Shown here one piece after another: positions 17,915 through 28,157 of a stretch of DNA of 64,000 nucleotides. How positions within the stretch are numbered: the first letter of the stretch is position 1; each line of letters starts with the position of its first letter. The notes under the pieces are model-generated. The model had not been told where the DNA came from and did not search any database. It saw only the letters and a program-made list of their open reading frames with translations. A program made the position numbers and the translations under genes. This DNA comes from Candidatus Bathyarchaeia archaeon (GTDB taxonomy: Archaea; Thermoproteota; Bathyarchaeia; Bathyarchaeales; Bathycorpusculaceae), in the NCBI GenBank assembly GCA_049516875.1, contig JBEKSS010000011.1, forward strand, positions 32,001 to 96,000, in the 5' to 3' direction.

Positions 17915-18235
17915 GTTTTTCTCTCCTTATGTTCCACTCTTCCCCTCTACAACGTCTGATGGAATATCTGACGAATTGGAACCTTTAAACTTTCTGGAAT
18001 GTTATTCTATATTATTACCACACTTGCTGGACAGCAATAAACGGTCCAGACAGTCTCCCAAGTCGATGCAGTTGAACACGACCAATCTCACCGAAACTCC
18101 GCAAGTAACTAGTCAATTCACTCTTCGACACAGAGCCACCTTGAACATTGAAAACCCATCGCCTACGAAACAAACCGAAAGCTTTTATTGAAGTTCAAAA
18201 CTTACTTTGGCAATACTGCTTGAAGATGGTGCTTT

Positions 18236-19006
18236 ATGAGTCTACAGAAAGGCGATTTCATACTGGTAGACTACGTTGCCAAAGTCAAGGAAACAGCCGA
18301 AGTCTTCGACACAACCCTTGAAGAAACGGCCAAGAAAGAACACCTATACAAAGAAGGCGACATCTACGAGCCCAAGCTTGTGGTCATCGGCGAAGGATGG
18401 GTCATCAAGGCTCTGGACGAAAACTTGGCAACGATGGAAGTGGACAAAGCTGCCGTAGTCGAAATCCCGCCCGACAAAGCCTTCGGCCCAAGAGATCCAG
18501 AAAAGGTCAAGCGTGTTCCCCTGAAGCAGCTGCTGGCCAAAGACATCACACCCACGTTGGGAAAGCGCATCGAATACAGCGGCAAAACGGCCACAGTCCG
18601 CGCCATAGGAGCCGGCCGTGTTCTCCTCGACTTCAACCCTCCACTCGCTGGAAAGACACTCGTCTACGACACAACCGTGAAGAAGAAACTTGAGACAGCA
18701 AAAGAAAAAATCGCCGCACTCATTCACCGTCGAATACCGACTGTCGAGCAGGCCAAATTTCAGTTCACTGCAAAGTCAAGAACCGTAAACATCGACATGC
18801 CCGAAGAAGCCTTCTACCTTGAAGGAATTCAACTGGCCAAAAGAGGCATAGCCTTGGATATTCAGAGATTCCTTGAAGGCATAGCCACCGTCAAGTTCGC
18901 TGAAACCTTTAAAACTGAGCCTAAGAAGGCAGAGGCTAAACCAGAAAAAGAGCCTGCAGAGGAAACTGAGACAAAGCCGACGACGGAAGCCGAAACCAAA
19001 ACCTAG
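18236..19006 (+). CDS. slyD: FKBP-type peptidyl-prolyl isomerase (long archaeal type)
   Basis: KGDFILVDY, VFDTT, IPPDKAFGPRDP, LDFNPPLAGKTL. Confidence 0.9.
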   Translation: MSLQKGDFILVDYVAKVKETAEVFDTTLEETAKKEHLYKEGDIYEPKLVVIGEGWVIKALDENLATMEVDKAAVVEIPPDKAFGPRDPEKVKRVPLKQLLAKDITPTLGKRIEYSGKTATVRAIGAGRVLLDFNPPLAGKTLVYDTTVKKKLETAKEKIAALIHRRIPTVEQAKFQFTAKSRTVNIDMPEEAFYLEGIQLAKRGIALDIQRFLEGIATVKFAETFKTEPKKAEAKPEKEPAEETETKPTTEAETKT

Positions 19007-19073
19007 TCTTCCAAAAAAGCTGTCGAAAGCACCGCTCTCGCTTGTTACTGCTGTTCCTTGCAACTTCGGCGTT

Positions 19074-20141
19074 TCAGATGACCCCTGTCACTTTTGCTAG
19101 GTGTTCGTAGGACTCACGCCTCAGGTTCAGCTTGTCCAGAATCGTGTATCTCTCAGGCCTTATGGAAGTGGCCATCCTCAAAGCCTTAAGCACATCCTCC
19201 TTTTCCACCCCGAGTTCCCTCGCGTTCGTGGGGGCTTCGAGCTTCTTCAAGGAGTCTCGTACGCGCTTCCAGTTTCCCCCGTGCAGGTAGGTCATCATTA
19301 TCGTTCCCACGCCGCATCTTTCACCGTGCAGGGCATGGTTAGGCCTAATGACATCAAGCGCATGGCTGAACAGGTGTTCTGAACCGCTGCAAGGGCGGCT
19401 GCTTCCCGCGATGCTCATCGCCACTCCACAGCTTATCAACGCCTCCAGGAGAATCCGCAAGCCCTCCTCATTCGCGGTCATCATCAACCTCACGTTCCGC
19501 ATAACGTGCTTCGCACTCATCAAAGCCAAGCTTGCAGCGTACCCGCCGTAATACTCGTTTCTATCCTCATGCGCCAGTTTCCAGTCTTTGACCGCCGTGA
19601 ACTTTGCAATCACGTCTTCACAGCCGCTTACGGCAAAGCGCCAAGGCGCTTGCATTATCATTTTCGTGTCCGCCACGATAGCTAACGGAGCTTGAGCCAC
19701 AACCGAGTACGGTTTCTCGTAACCCTTGATAGAAGACAGGGGACTCGCGATTCCGTCATGAGAAGCCGTTGTGGGCACACTGATGAAAGGGACACCTTGG
19801 TTGGCGGAGCTGCACTTTGCAACGTCAATTTTGGTCCCACCCCCCACGGCGAACACGATTTGCGGCTTCAAGGTTTTAATTCTCTCTTCAACGGCTTTCA
19901 CATCGCGTGCAGTTGCGTTTTCAACGAGGAATGTCTGAACCGCCATTCCTTCCTTCTTCTCAAGAAGCTCCTTCACCCTTTTACCCGCGATGTCAAGAGT
20001 TTTTGAACCAGCTATGATGAGCGCAGATTCTGTGAACCCCAAACGTCGGGAGATCTCGCCTATGCGTTCTATCGCCCCGTGTCCAACGATTACCTCCCTT
20101 GGAAACTGCATTCGATGATGTTTCAGGGGCAAAACGATCAC
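19074..20141 (-). CDS. egsA: sn-glycerol-1-phosphate dehydrogenase
   Basis: GGGTKIDVAK, PTTASHDGIASP, GSSRPCSGSEHLFSHALD, LHGERCGVG. Confidence 0.95.
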   Translation of the reverse strand: MIVLPLKHHRMQFPREVIVGHGAIERIGEISRRLGFTESALIIAGSKTLDIAGKRVKELLEKKEGMAVQTFLVENATARDVKAVEERIKTLKPQIVFAVGGGTKIDVAKCSSANQGVPFISVPTTASHDGIASPLSSIKGYEKPYSVVAQAPLAIVADTKMIMQAPWRFAVSGCEDVIAKFTAVKDWKLAHEDRNEYYGGYAASLALMSAKHVMRNVRLMMTANEEGLRILLEALISCGVAMSIAGSSRPCSGSEHLFSHALDVIRPNHALHGERCGVGTIMMTYLHGGNWKRVRDSLKKLEAPTNARELGVEKEDVLKALRMATSIRPERYTILDKLNLRRESYEHLAKVTGVI

Positions 20142-20286
20142 TGCTCAGTCACGTATCTGCAGCCCTTTTTATAGCGATTTACGTTCGAAGCTTAAAAAGG
20201 CTTCTCATAGAAACACATGCGCGCAGTTGGGGCGAGGGGAAAGATAAATACTTGGTTGACCAATGTTCGGAACAGAGGAAAGAAAG

Positions 20287-20793
20287 ATGTCATCTTGCAG
20301 AAACTGCGGGAACGAGTTGCCGGAAGGCGCAGCCTACTGTCCGAAATGCGGGACGCTGGTGGAAACGGCACGGCAGCTCAGGTTGGCCTTCTGGGGCGAG
20401 AGGTTCTTGGCATGGCTGGTGGACGTTGTTATTCTCGGGATCATCATGGCACCGATAGGAGTTCTTGCTTGGTTAGGATGGCCTGGCTTCGCGATAGTGC
20501 CACGTTTGCCGTTCTGGATTCCGTTCGTGAACTTCGGATTCAGCAACGTCGTTTATTTCTTGTACTGGTTGTTGATGGAAGGAATCTACGGGCGATCGTT
20601 GGGCAAAATGCTCATGAGATTAAGAGTAACGCGGCTAGACGGTGAACACATGGACATGGCGCAGGCAGCGATAGAAAGCGTTGGAAAGGCTTTCCTGTTT
20701 CCATTGGACGTGATTCTGGGATGGATCCTTCATTCTAAAAGAAGGCAGAGAATATTCAATTATCTGTCAGGTACTATCGTGCTTAAAGCCTGA
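20287..20793 (+). CDS. Zinc-ribbon + RDD family membrane protein
   Basis: CRNCG...CPKCG; ERFLAWLVD; GRSLGKMLMRLRV. Confidence 0.85.
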   Translation: MSSCRNCGNELPEGAAYCPKCGTLVETARQLRLAFWGERFLAWLVDVVILGIIMAPIGVLAWLGWPGFAIVPRLPFWIPFVNFGFSNVVYFLYWLLMEGIYGRSLGKMLMRLRVTRLDGEHMDMAQAAIESVGKAFLFPLDVILGWILHSKRRQRIFNYLSGTIVLKA

Positions 20794-21030
20794 GCACACG
20801 ATGAAAGCTTGGCTTTTGACGCGTAGGCGAAACAGGCGAGGTCGCAATCTGGAAACCTGCTCATGCCCTGCGGGCGCCCCTTGAGCTTGGTGATTTTCGT
20901 TCGCGATGGTTGCTTTTGTTTCTGTGTTCTTGAGCGCAATGTTAATTAACACCTTGATCATGATTAGATGATGCTACTTCCTTGCGAAGTAATTCCGTGC
21001 CGCATTTAGGTTTTGGGGAGACCATTGAAA

Positions 21031-21672
21031 ATGGCAAACAACAATGATGTGATAGACAAGCTAGCGTTGAAAGGAACCACGACAATTGGCGTCGTCTGCA
21101 AAGACGGGGTAATATTGGCGTCGGACACGCGGGTAACCATGGGTTTCTACGTGGCTCACAAACACGGGAAAAAAGTCTACCAGATAGACGACCACTTGGC
21201 CATGACGATTGCTGGAAGTGTTGCCGATGCTCAGAGGGCTGTCGACATACTCACTGCTAATGCACACCTTTACAGGATGAACATGGGCAGGCCTTTGCCC
21301 GTGAACTCTGCTGCAAGGTTCTTGGCGAATCTCCTGTTTTCAGCCAGGTACGTGCCTCTCTTGGCACAGGTTCTAGTGGGCGGTGTGGATGACACTGGGC
21401 CGCACGTGTTCGCGATAGATCCCTTCGGTAGTCTGACAGAGGAGAAATACGTTTCTACGGGTTCAGGATCGCCAGTGGCTTACGGCATTCTAGAGGACAA
21501 GTACCGGGAGGGCGCGGCTGTAAAGGAAATGTTGCCCGTGATTGTCAAGGCTGTTAATGCTTCCATGAAGCGTGACTCGGCGAGTGGAGACAGTTTCAAC
21601 GTTGCTGTGATTGATGAGAAGGGCTACAGGGATTTGACTGACAAGGAGAAGAAGCAGCTTCTAGCCGATTGA
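21031..21672 (+). CDS. psmB: Proteasome beta subunit
   Basis: Propeptide cleavage LKG/TTT; GSGS; RDSASGD. Confidence 0.95.
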   Translation: MANNNDVIDKLALKGTTTIGVVCKDGVILASDTRVTMGFYVAHKHGKKVYQIDDHLAMTIAGSVADAQRAVDILTANAHLYRMNMGRPLPVNSAARFLANLLFSARYVPLLAQVLVGGVDDTGPHVFAIDPFGSLTEEKYVSTGSGSPVAYGILEDKYREGAAVKEMLPVIVKAVNASMKRDSASGDSFNVAVIDEKGYRDLTDKEKKQLLAD

Positions 21673-21685
21673 GGAAGTTAGAACG

Positions 21686-23602
21686 GTGCAGGACTCGGGT
21701 AGGGAAAAGATAGAAATCAGTCAGTACATTCTGGGGCATGTTCCGAAAGAAGCTGAGGTGACGAGAATAGAGTACGAAGCCTCAACGCTTGCCGTGTACA
21801 CCAAGAGGCCTGAGGTGCTCGTTGAGCAGAGCAGTGTCATCGCGAACATAGTTAACGTCATAAGGAAACGGATAGTCATCCGTTCTGATCCCTCGGTCAG
21901 GCTTCAGGAAGCCGAGGCTGAAAAGATCGCGAAGGACATAATCTCGCCTGAAGCAGAGGTGACGGACATAAACTTTGACCCCAGCCTGGGCGAGATAATA
22001 ATCGACGCGAAGAAGCCTGGGCTTGTCATAGGCAAGAACGGGGCGGTTCTGCAGGAGATCATCAGGCGGACTAAGTGGCGACCGCACGTTCTGAGGAGCC
22101 CACCGCTGAAGTCCAAGATAGTTACTCACATGCGTCACTATCTGCACTCGGAAAGCAAGGAGAGAGAGCGGATACTGCGCACTGTGGGGGAAAGGATTTT
22201 CAGGCCTAAGGCTTTTGAGGTGGGGGACCTCAGGATTACGGCGCTCGGCGGCTTTCAGGAAGTTGGAAGGTCTGCGATTCTTGTGCAGACCCGGGAGAGC
22301 AGCGTACTCTTGGACTGCGGAATAAACCCAGGTTCGTCGAGACCGTTTGAGGCTTTTCCAAGGCTTGACAATCCCGCGTTTCAGCTTGAGTCTCTGGACG
22401 CCGTTATCGTGAGCCATGCTCATCTGGACCATTGCGGTCTGATACCTTTCTTGTACAAGTATGGCTATGACGGCCCGATTTACTGTTCAGCGCCGACTTC
22501 GAACTTGATGACGTTGCTTCAACTGGATTATTTGGACGTGGCTGGCAAGCAGGGTGTGACACCTTATTATGATCAGAAGGACGTTCGTGAGTCAGTGTTG
22601 CACACGCTTCCTTTGCGGTTTGGTGTTGTCACTGACATCGCTCCTGACGTTCGGTTGACCTTGCACAACGCTGGTCACATCTTGGGTTCTGCGATGGTTC
22701 ATCTGCACATAGGCGAAGGCTTGCACAACATTGTTTACACTGGTGATTACAAGTTTTCGCGGACGATGCTTCTGGAGGGGGCGACAACCGAGTTTCCGAG
22801 GGTTGAGACGGTGATTACCGAGAGCACCTACGGTGGGCCGGATGATGTTATGCCTTCGCGGATTGAGGCTGAAGAGCGGTTGGCGGCTGTCGTGAACGAG
22901 ACTTTGGACCGCAAGGGCAAGGTTTTGATTCCGGTGCCGGCTGTGGGCAGGGCGCAGGAGATTATGCTCGTCCTTGACGATTACATGCGGCGCGGAATCA
23001 TGAAGGAGGCTCCTGTTTTCATTGAAGGAATGATTTCTGAGGCCACGGCGATTCACACGGCTTACCCGGAGTATCTGGGCAGAGAGGTTCGCAACAGCAT
23101 ACTTCACGATGGCGTTAACCCTTTCCAGTCGGATTACTTCACGATTGTGGAGCATCCGAGCGTCAGGCAGGAGATAATCGAGGGCGAGCCGTGTATAGTA
23201 ATGGCTACTTCCGGAATGCTTGAGGGTGGCCCTGTGATTGAATACTTCAAGAGCTTGGCGGATAACGAGAACAACTCGATAGTTTTTGTGAGTTATCAGA
23301 TTGAGGGCACGATGGGTAGAAGGGTGCAGAAGGGCTTGAACGAGGTGGCTTTGATGACTGCTGAAGGCAAGATGGACGTTATTAAGGTCAGGCTGCGTAC
23401 GGAGTCGATAGAAGGCTTTTCGGGGCACAGTGACAGGCGGCAGATATTCAATTACGTGACGCATTTGCAGCCGAAGCCTGAGAGGGTGGTTGTGTGTCAC
23501 GGTGAGAGGGCCAAGTGTTTGAGCATGGCTGATTTCATTGAGAGAAGATGTGAAGTTCAGACTCTTGTTCCAGCGGTGATGGAGACGTTTAGGCTGCTGT
23601 AG
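21686..23602 (+). CDS. fttA: KH-domain beta-CASP ribonuclease aCPSF1 (transcription termination factor)
   Basis: KH motif KPGLVIGKNG; SHAHLDH; AGHILGS; FSGHSD; downstream of psmB. Confidence 0.95.
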   Translation: MQDSGREKIEISQYILGHVPKEAEVTRIEYEASTLAVYTKRPEVLVEQSSVIANIVNVIRKRIVIRSDPSVRLQEAEAEKIAKDIISPEAEVTDINFDPSLGEIIIDAKKPGLVIGKNGAVLQEIIRRTKWRPHVLRSPPLKSKIVTHMRHYLHSESKERERILRTVGERIFRPKAFEVGDLRITALGGFQEVGRSAILVQTRESSVLLDCGINPGSSRPFEAFPRLDNPAFQLESLDAVIVSHAHLDHCGLIPFLYKYGYDGPIYCSAPTSNLMTLLQLDYLDVAGKQGVTPYYDQKDVRESVLHTLPLRFGVVTDIAPDVRLTLHNAGHILGSAMVHLHIGEGLHNIVYTGDYKFSRTMLLEGATTEFPRVETVITESTYGGPDDVMPSRIEAEERLAAVVNETLDRKGKVLIPVPAVGRAQEIMLVLDDYMRRGIMKEAPVFIEGMISEATAIHTAYPEYLGREVRNSILHDGVNPFQSDYFTIVEHPSVRQEIIEGEPCIVMATSGMLEGGPVIEYFKSLADNENNSIVFVSYQIEGTMGRRVQKGLNEVALMTAEGKMDVIKVRLRTESIEGFSGHSDRRQIFNYVTHLQPKPERVVVCHGERAKCLSMADFIERRCEVQTLVPAVMETFRLL

Positions 23603-23948
23603 GTATAGGCTCGTTGGAGACGGACGTTTTTTCTCGCCAGATTTTCACGTTTGGAGGGCAGATTACGACTCTTTCTTCTCCGAGTCTTGCGATGTCTCCT
23701 CCAACGGATTCAGCGAACTCGCTTAGCTCGTTCACGGCGCGTTTGACGTCGTCGATGCTTTTGTTCGCAAGAGGAGTTATCCTGAGGATGAGAATGTTTC
23801 CTGAGTTCACCTCGGCCTTCACCGAGTCGATGTCAGACAGTTCACGGAGAGGCATGGCTTTCAGGTAGGCTTTGCCAGAACCCTCTTTGACGTCGGCTTC
23901 TTTCTCGTCCTTTTTGGACTTGCGGAGTAATCCTCCTAATCCTGGCAA
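23589..23948 (-). CDS. sepF: SepF-like (DUF552) protein
   Basis: GNILILRITPL, GGDIARLGEERVVICP. Confidence 0.8.
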   Translation of the reverse strand: MPGLGGLLRKSKKDEKEADVKEGSGKAYLKAMPLRELSDIDSVKAEVNSGNILILRITPLANKSIDDVKRAVNELSEFAESVGGDIARLGEERVVICPPNVKIWREKTSVSNEPIPTAA

Positions 23949-24175
23949 GCTTCTCCTCTCTTATCCTGTATTTGGCTTTCAAGAGTTTAAGCGTTTCCTA
24001 GTCTAACGTCTGAACTGTTAGTGTGAATTGACTATTAAAGTGTTCTAGAATTCCATGTTTGCAAAGGTAAACCTTGGGCGTTCTTGATGGATGGGAAGGA
24101 AAGAAAATGGTTTGCTGTGCGCTATTTTTGGTGCTCCGAATGTTGACAAATGAACGGTGCATGTTGGCGTGTGAG

Positions 24176-24363
24176 GCCTTGTGTTTGAGTGCTCAATCCG
24201 TGATTTCTTTGAGACTCAAAACATTGTTGAAGCATGTTGGTTCCGTGCTTTTTTTACTCAATTCCGCGGGGTTTTTGAGTGTCAAAAATTTTGGGTGTTG
24301 AGTTTCTCATGTTAGAGTTGGCGTTCTTGTGTTTGAGTACTCAATCTGTGATTTTTTTGAGGC
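24176..24363 (-). repeat. Dispersed ~190-bp non-coding repeat, copy 2 (inverted relative to copy 1)
   Basis: Reverse complement aligns along its full length with 16112-16296. Confidence 0.85.
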
Positions 24364-24417
24364 TCCATGGGGTTTTGTTTGCCGGGTGGGTTGTTTGGGT
24401 TCGTTGTCGGTGGGTTG

Positions 24418-24927
24418 TTAGGTTGGGGTGGCGAGTTGTTTTAGTTGGTTCCAGGTTTTGTCTCCGACGTAGTGTGTGTTTTTGATGATGATGCCTTGTT
24501 TGGTGTTTTTTGCTTGTTCTGTGTCGTAGAGGGCTTCGCCGAGTGCGATTGTTTTGCCGTGTTTCTCGTCTGTTATGAGGACGAGGTCGCCTTTCTGGAA
24601 TTCGCCGCGGAACTGTCTGATTCCCGGTGCCATCACGTTTGCTCCTTTGCATATGTAGGGAACGGCTCCCATGTCAACGGTGACTTTGGGTGCTTGGTCG
24701 AGGAATTCTTTGAAAGTCAGTGTCGGGTAGATGTTTTCTCCGGTCTTGGCTAGGACTGGTTTCCCGTTTATGAGGAAGATTTCAATGGATTCTGTTTGAA
24801 CGACTTCAACGTTGACCCTGTCTTTCAATATTTGTTCCAGGTCGATTCTGAGTCTTTTCGAAGCTTTGTCCAGGAGCTCCTTTGATTCTCTTGCTTTCAA
24901 GAAATATCGTCTGTGTTTTCCAGACAT
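24418..24927 (-). CDS. PUA-domain RNA-binding protein (MCT-1/Tma20-like)
   Basis: VDMGAVPYICKGANVMAPGI; HYVGDKTW. Confidence 0.9.
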   Translation of the reverse strand: MSGKHRRYFLKARESKELLDKASKRLRIDLEQILKDRVNVEVVQTESIEIFLINGKPVLAKTGENIYPTLTFKEFLDQAPKVTVDMGAVPYICKGANVMAPGIRQFRGEFQKGDLVLITDEKHGKTIALGEALYDTEQAKNTKQGIIIKNTHYVGDKTWNQLKQLATPT

Positions 24928-25006
24928 TCTGCTTCTCTCTTGGATAAGGTTTAAATGTGTAGGTTTAGGTATAAAAGGCATGACTTCATGGGTTTGAGGG
25001 TTTAAA

Positions 25007-25234
25007 ATGAGCGAAATGACGACTGAGATACTTGAGCAGAACTTGGGAAAGATCGTGCTCGTGAGATTGAAAGGCGGGAAAAGCCTGCGTGGAAAACTTA
25101 AAGGGTTCGATCAGCACCTGAATCTCGTTCTGGAAGAGACGGAAGACACGACGACTTCTGAAAACGTTAGGAAGCTCGGGCAGATAATCGTCCGAGGAGA
25201 CAACGTGGTTCTTATTTCACCGCCGCCAAGGTGA
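25007..25234 (+). CDS. Sm-like archaeal protein (LSm)
   Basis: GKLKGFDQHLNLVL, IVRGDNVVLISP. Confidence 0.95.
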   Translation: MSEMTTEILEQNLGKIVLVRLKGGKSLRGKLKGFDQHLNLVLEETEDTTTSENVRKLGQIIVRGDNVVLISPPPR

Positions 25235-25428
25235 CACCGTTGGGAAAGGGAACACCCTCTTTCGGCAAGCGCCAGGGTAAAAAGGTTCACATAAAGTGCA
25301 GACGATGCGGAAGAAGATCTTACAACGTGACTAAGATGCGGTGTGCCGCCTGCGGCTATGGAGCAACGCCCGTGATGAAAACGTATTCTTGGCGGACTAA
25401 AACCCTGCACAGGGAAAGAACGCGTTGA
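25231..25428 (+). CDS. rpl37e: 50S ribosomal protein eL37
   Basis: KGTPSFGKR, HIKCRRCG...CAACGYG; follows the Sm gene. Confidence 0.95.
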   Translation: MTPLGKGTPSFGKRQGKKVHIKCRRCGRRSYNVTKMRCAACGYGATPVMKTYSWRTKTLHRERTR

Positions 25429-25795
25429 CGCGTTGTCTAAACGGTCATGATGATTTTTCAGCGACCGCTGCCTGCGTTGCCTACTTCTAGGCCGTGCTTT
25501 TCTAAGGTTGCATGATTTGCTGTTAGTGCGCGCTAGAAATGAAAGTCAAGCTGCAGCCGTAGGCAGTGGAAATAGTGGAAACGGAAAGGAATTCTGGTTT
25601 TGTCTCTGAAAACATGAACTGCATCGGCGATGCAAAATTCCACGAAAGCCTTGAGGCTCCAGCAGCAAACGAGCGTATATTCTTGTTCAGAAGCCGACTG
25701 TGAAACGATTGAGATTCATAAGCATTAAGAACACAATTGATAGTAATCGTTGTCAGTGACAAAAGACGACACGAAAATGTAAATAAGGGAGTTAT

Positions 25796-26170
25796 ATGGG
25801 CGTGACCAATCCTGCTGTAAGCATCAGTGGACTAAGAGAAAGAACTTCTGGAAAGTATGTCAAAACATCCCTTGATTTGGTGGTATTGGCAATATTAAAC
25901 GACAAACCTATGCACGGTTACAAGATAATGGCAGCCATACATACAGAATTCGGCGTTTTGCTAAGTCCGGGTACTCTTTACCCTCTTCTTCATTCGTTGG
26001 AGGAAAAGAAATTGGTAGAATCACGTGTTGAAGGGGGGAAGAAAGTTTACGAAGCCACCAACGAGGGAAGAACAAGATTCCAAAATGCGTTCACGATGTT
26101 TAAGGTATCAATGAATCAGCTGGAGAGCTTTGTAAAACGAAACGGGAAAAATTCTCTCAATGATTCGTAG
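25796..26170 (+). CDS. PadR-family regulator, GvpE-like
   Basis: LDLVVLAIL..MHGYKIM..FGVLLSPGTLYPLLHSL. Confidence 0.85.
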   Translation: MGVTNPAVSISGLRERTSGKYVKTSLDLVVLAILNDKPMHGYKIMAAIHTEFGVLLSPGTLYPLLHSLEEKKLVESRVEGGKKVYEATNEGRTRFQNAFTMFKVSMNQLESFVKRNGKNSLNDS

Positions 26171-26211
26171 GCATTCTAGACAAATTCTATGATAAACCTT
26201 GACCTATTTTT

Positions 26212-28131
26212 TCATTGTCTCGCTTCCAAGAGAGTTATCATTTCTTTTAGTTTGTTCATCTCCTTCTCGGTATGTCTGTACGGTGTTTCTTCAAGTCTCT
26301 TTACTGTTTCCGCAATCTCTCTTCTCTCCTCGCTGGATGCTTTGTCACCCAATCCTTTTTCTACTGCAGAGGCCAATGTCCTGGCTTGGCTTACCCTTTT
26401 CACCTTCATGGTCATTCCGTTGGTCTGCTCTACCAACATGTCAATGTAGTCTTTGATTTTGTGAGCATTACTGCTATTCAACGTCCCCTCAAGCCTGCCT
26501 ATAGTTTCTTCCAGAGTCCCTTTTTCCTTTTCAGTGATTTTCCCGGTTACTTCTTCTATCACTTTCTTCGCCTCATAAATCACATTCTTTGCCCGGCAAC
26601 GGATTTCGATGTTCTCTTTTCTCTTTTCGTCTAAATCGTTAAACTTGGTTGCTTCGATGATCATCCTGGTGATTTCTTCTGCCAACAGCGCTGTCGACTT
26701 TAATACTTCAATTGTTTCTTTTTTCCCAGTTTCAAGAATCTCGGCAGAGACGCCCAGTATGCCATCAGCATCAATTTTGAAGGTAACTTCGACTTTCTGT
26801 TCATATCTGGGCGCTGGCAAAATCCCTTCTAGCTTAAACAAACCCAGTGACATGTTGTCCTTCGCCATCTCCCTTTCTCCTTGTAGAACGTGGATCATCA
26901 TTGAAGTCTGGTCATCTTCTTCCGTTGCAAAAACCATACATGCCTCGGTTGGAATTGTTGTATTCCTCTTGATCAATCTAGTAAATATTCCACCAGACGT
27001 CTCGACGCCTAAAGACAGAGGAGCAACATCCAGCAAGAGCATATCTCTCATTTCACCTTTCAGAACGCTTGCCTGTATACAAGCCCCAATAGCAACAATC
27101 CCCATCGGATCTATGCCCCTCTCAGGTTCCAATCTCGAGAAGAAATCTTTGAAGCATCTTCGGACTATTGGCATTCTAGTTGGTCCGCCCACGAGAACAA
27201 GTCTATCTATATCTTGAGAACTAAGGCCGGAATCTTTCAGGGCTTGTCCCAATGGATATTGGAGTCTATCCAGTTCAGGCTTTATGAGTTCCTCTAGCTT
27301 GTCTCGTGCTAGAACAATGCTCGGGTTAATTTCTGTCCCTTCTATGTTGATCTGAGTCTTCACGGTTGTTGAACGCCTACTGGACAGGTGAATCTTGGCT
27401 AGTTCACCAGCGTCTCTGAGCTTATTCAATATTCTTTGGTCATTTCGTACGTCAACGTTGTATCTTTCTTCGACTTCCTTGACGAGGTAATCCAGAATTC
27501 TGTCGTCCATGTCTTTACCGCCGAGATGGGTGTCTCCGCTTGTAGATAGGACTCTGAAGATTCCGTTATTCATTTGCAGGATCGTCACATCAAAGGTTCC
27601 AGAGCCCAAATCCAACACCGCGATTTTCAGGTTTTGACCGATCTTGTCTAGACCGTAAGCTAACGAGGCTGCCGTTGGTTCGCTGATAACTCGCAAAACC
27701 TCGAACCCTGCTTTTTCTCCGGCCTCTTTTGTGGCGTTTCTTTGGTTGTTATTGAAATATGCGGGGGTTGAGATTACCGCTTTGTCTATTTTCTCTCCCA
27801 AGTATATTTCAGCATCTTTTTTTATCTTCTTTATTATGAGAGCAGAAATTTCTTGAGAGGTGTACTTGTGACCATCTATTTCTACAGTGTAGTTTGTGCC
27901 GATTTTTCTCTTGATCCATCGTATCGTTCTGTCAGGATGAATGTAAGCGTATGTCTGAGCGTTTTTCCCGATGGCTATTTGGCCATCTTCTTTGAACGCT
28001 ACGACAGAGGGAAACATTTTTCCATATGGGGTCGCTCCTTCAGATGCTGGAACAAGCTTTACTTTACCATCCTTCAGCACAGCTGCAGCAGAGTTAGTAG
28101 TTCCAAGGTCTATTCCTATTGTTCGACCCAT
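26212..28131 (-). CDS. dnaK: Hsp70/DnaK paralog with divergent substrate-binding domain
   Basis: IGIDLGTTNS, TPAYFN, DLGSGTFDV, GGPTRMP, linker DMLLLDVAPLSLG. Confidence 0.92.
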   Translation of the reverse strand: MGRTIGIDLGTTNSAAAVLKDGKVKLVPASEGATPYGKMFPSVVAFKEDGQIAIGKNAQTYAYIHPDRTIRWIKRKIGTNYTVEIDGHKYTSQEISALIIKKIKKDAEIYLGEKIDKAVISTPAYFNNNQRNATKEAGEKAGFEVLRVISEPTAASLAYGLDKIGQNLKIAVLDLGSGTFDVTILQMNNGIFRVLSTSGDTHLGGKDMDDRILDYLVKEVEERYNVDVRNDQRILNKLRDAGELAKIHLSSRRSTTVKTQINIEGTEINPSIVLARDKLEELIKPELDRLQYPLGQALKDSGLSSQDIDRLVLVGGPTRMPIVRRCFKDFFSRLEPERGIDPMGIVAIGACIQASVLKGEMRDMLLLDVAPLSLGVETSGGIFTRLIKRNTTIPTEACMVFATEEDDQTSMMIHVLQGEREMAKDNMSLGLFKLEGILPAPRYEQKVEVTFKIDADGILGVSAEILETGKKETIEVLKSTALLAEEITRMIIEATKFNDLDEKRKENIEIRCRAKNVIYEAKKVIEEVTGKITEKEKGTLEETIGRLEGTLNSSNAHKIKDYIDMLVEQTNGMTMKVKRVSQARTLASAVEKGLGDKASSEERREIAETVKRLEETPYRHTEKEMNKLKEMITLLEARQ

Positions 28132-28157
28132 TCCGATCTGCCATCCCGGAAGATAGC

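Noticed and set aside
19610-19630. EgsA SGCED where a small residue usually precedes the Asp
   Set aside because: A single substitution with all metal and NAD motifs intact; cannot be told apart from neutral variation or sequence error.
21782-23500. Long antisense ORFs (also 26609-27217, 846-1352 and similar)
   Set aside because: Shadows of well-supported genes on the opposite strand, with no motifs.
25447-25510. Box C/D sRNA after rpl37e (ATGATGA)
   Set aside because: No CTGA D box at a suitable distance.
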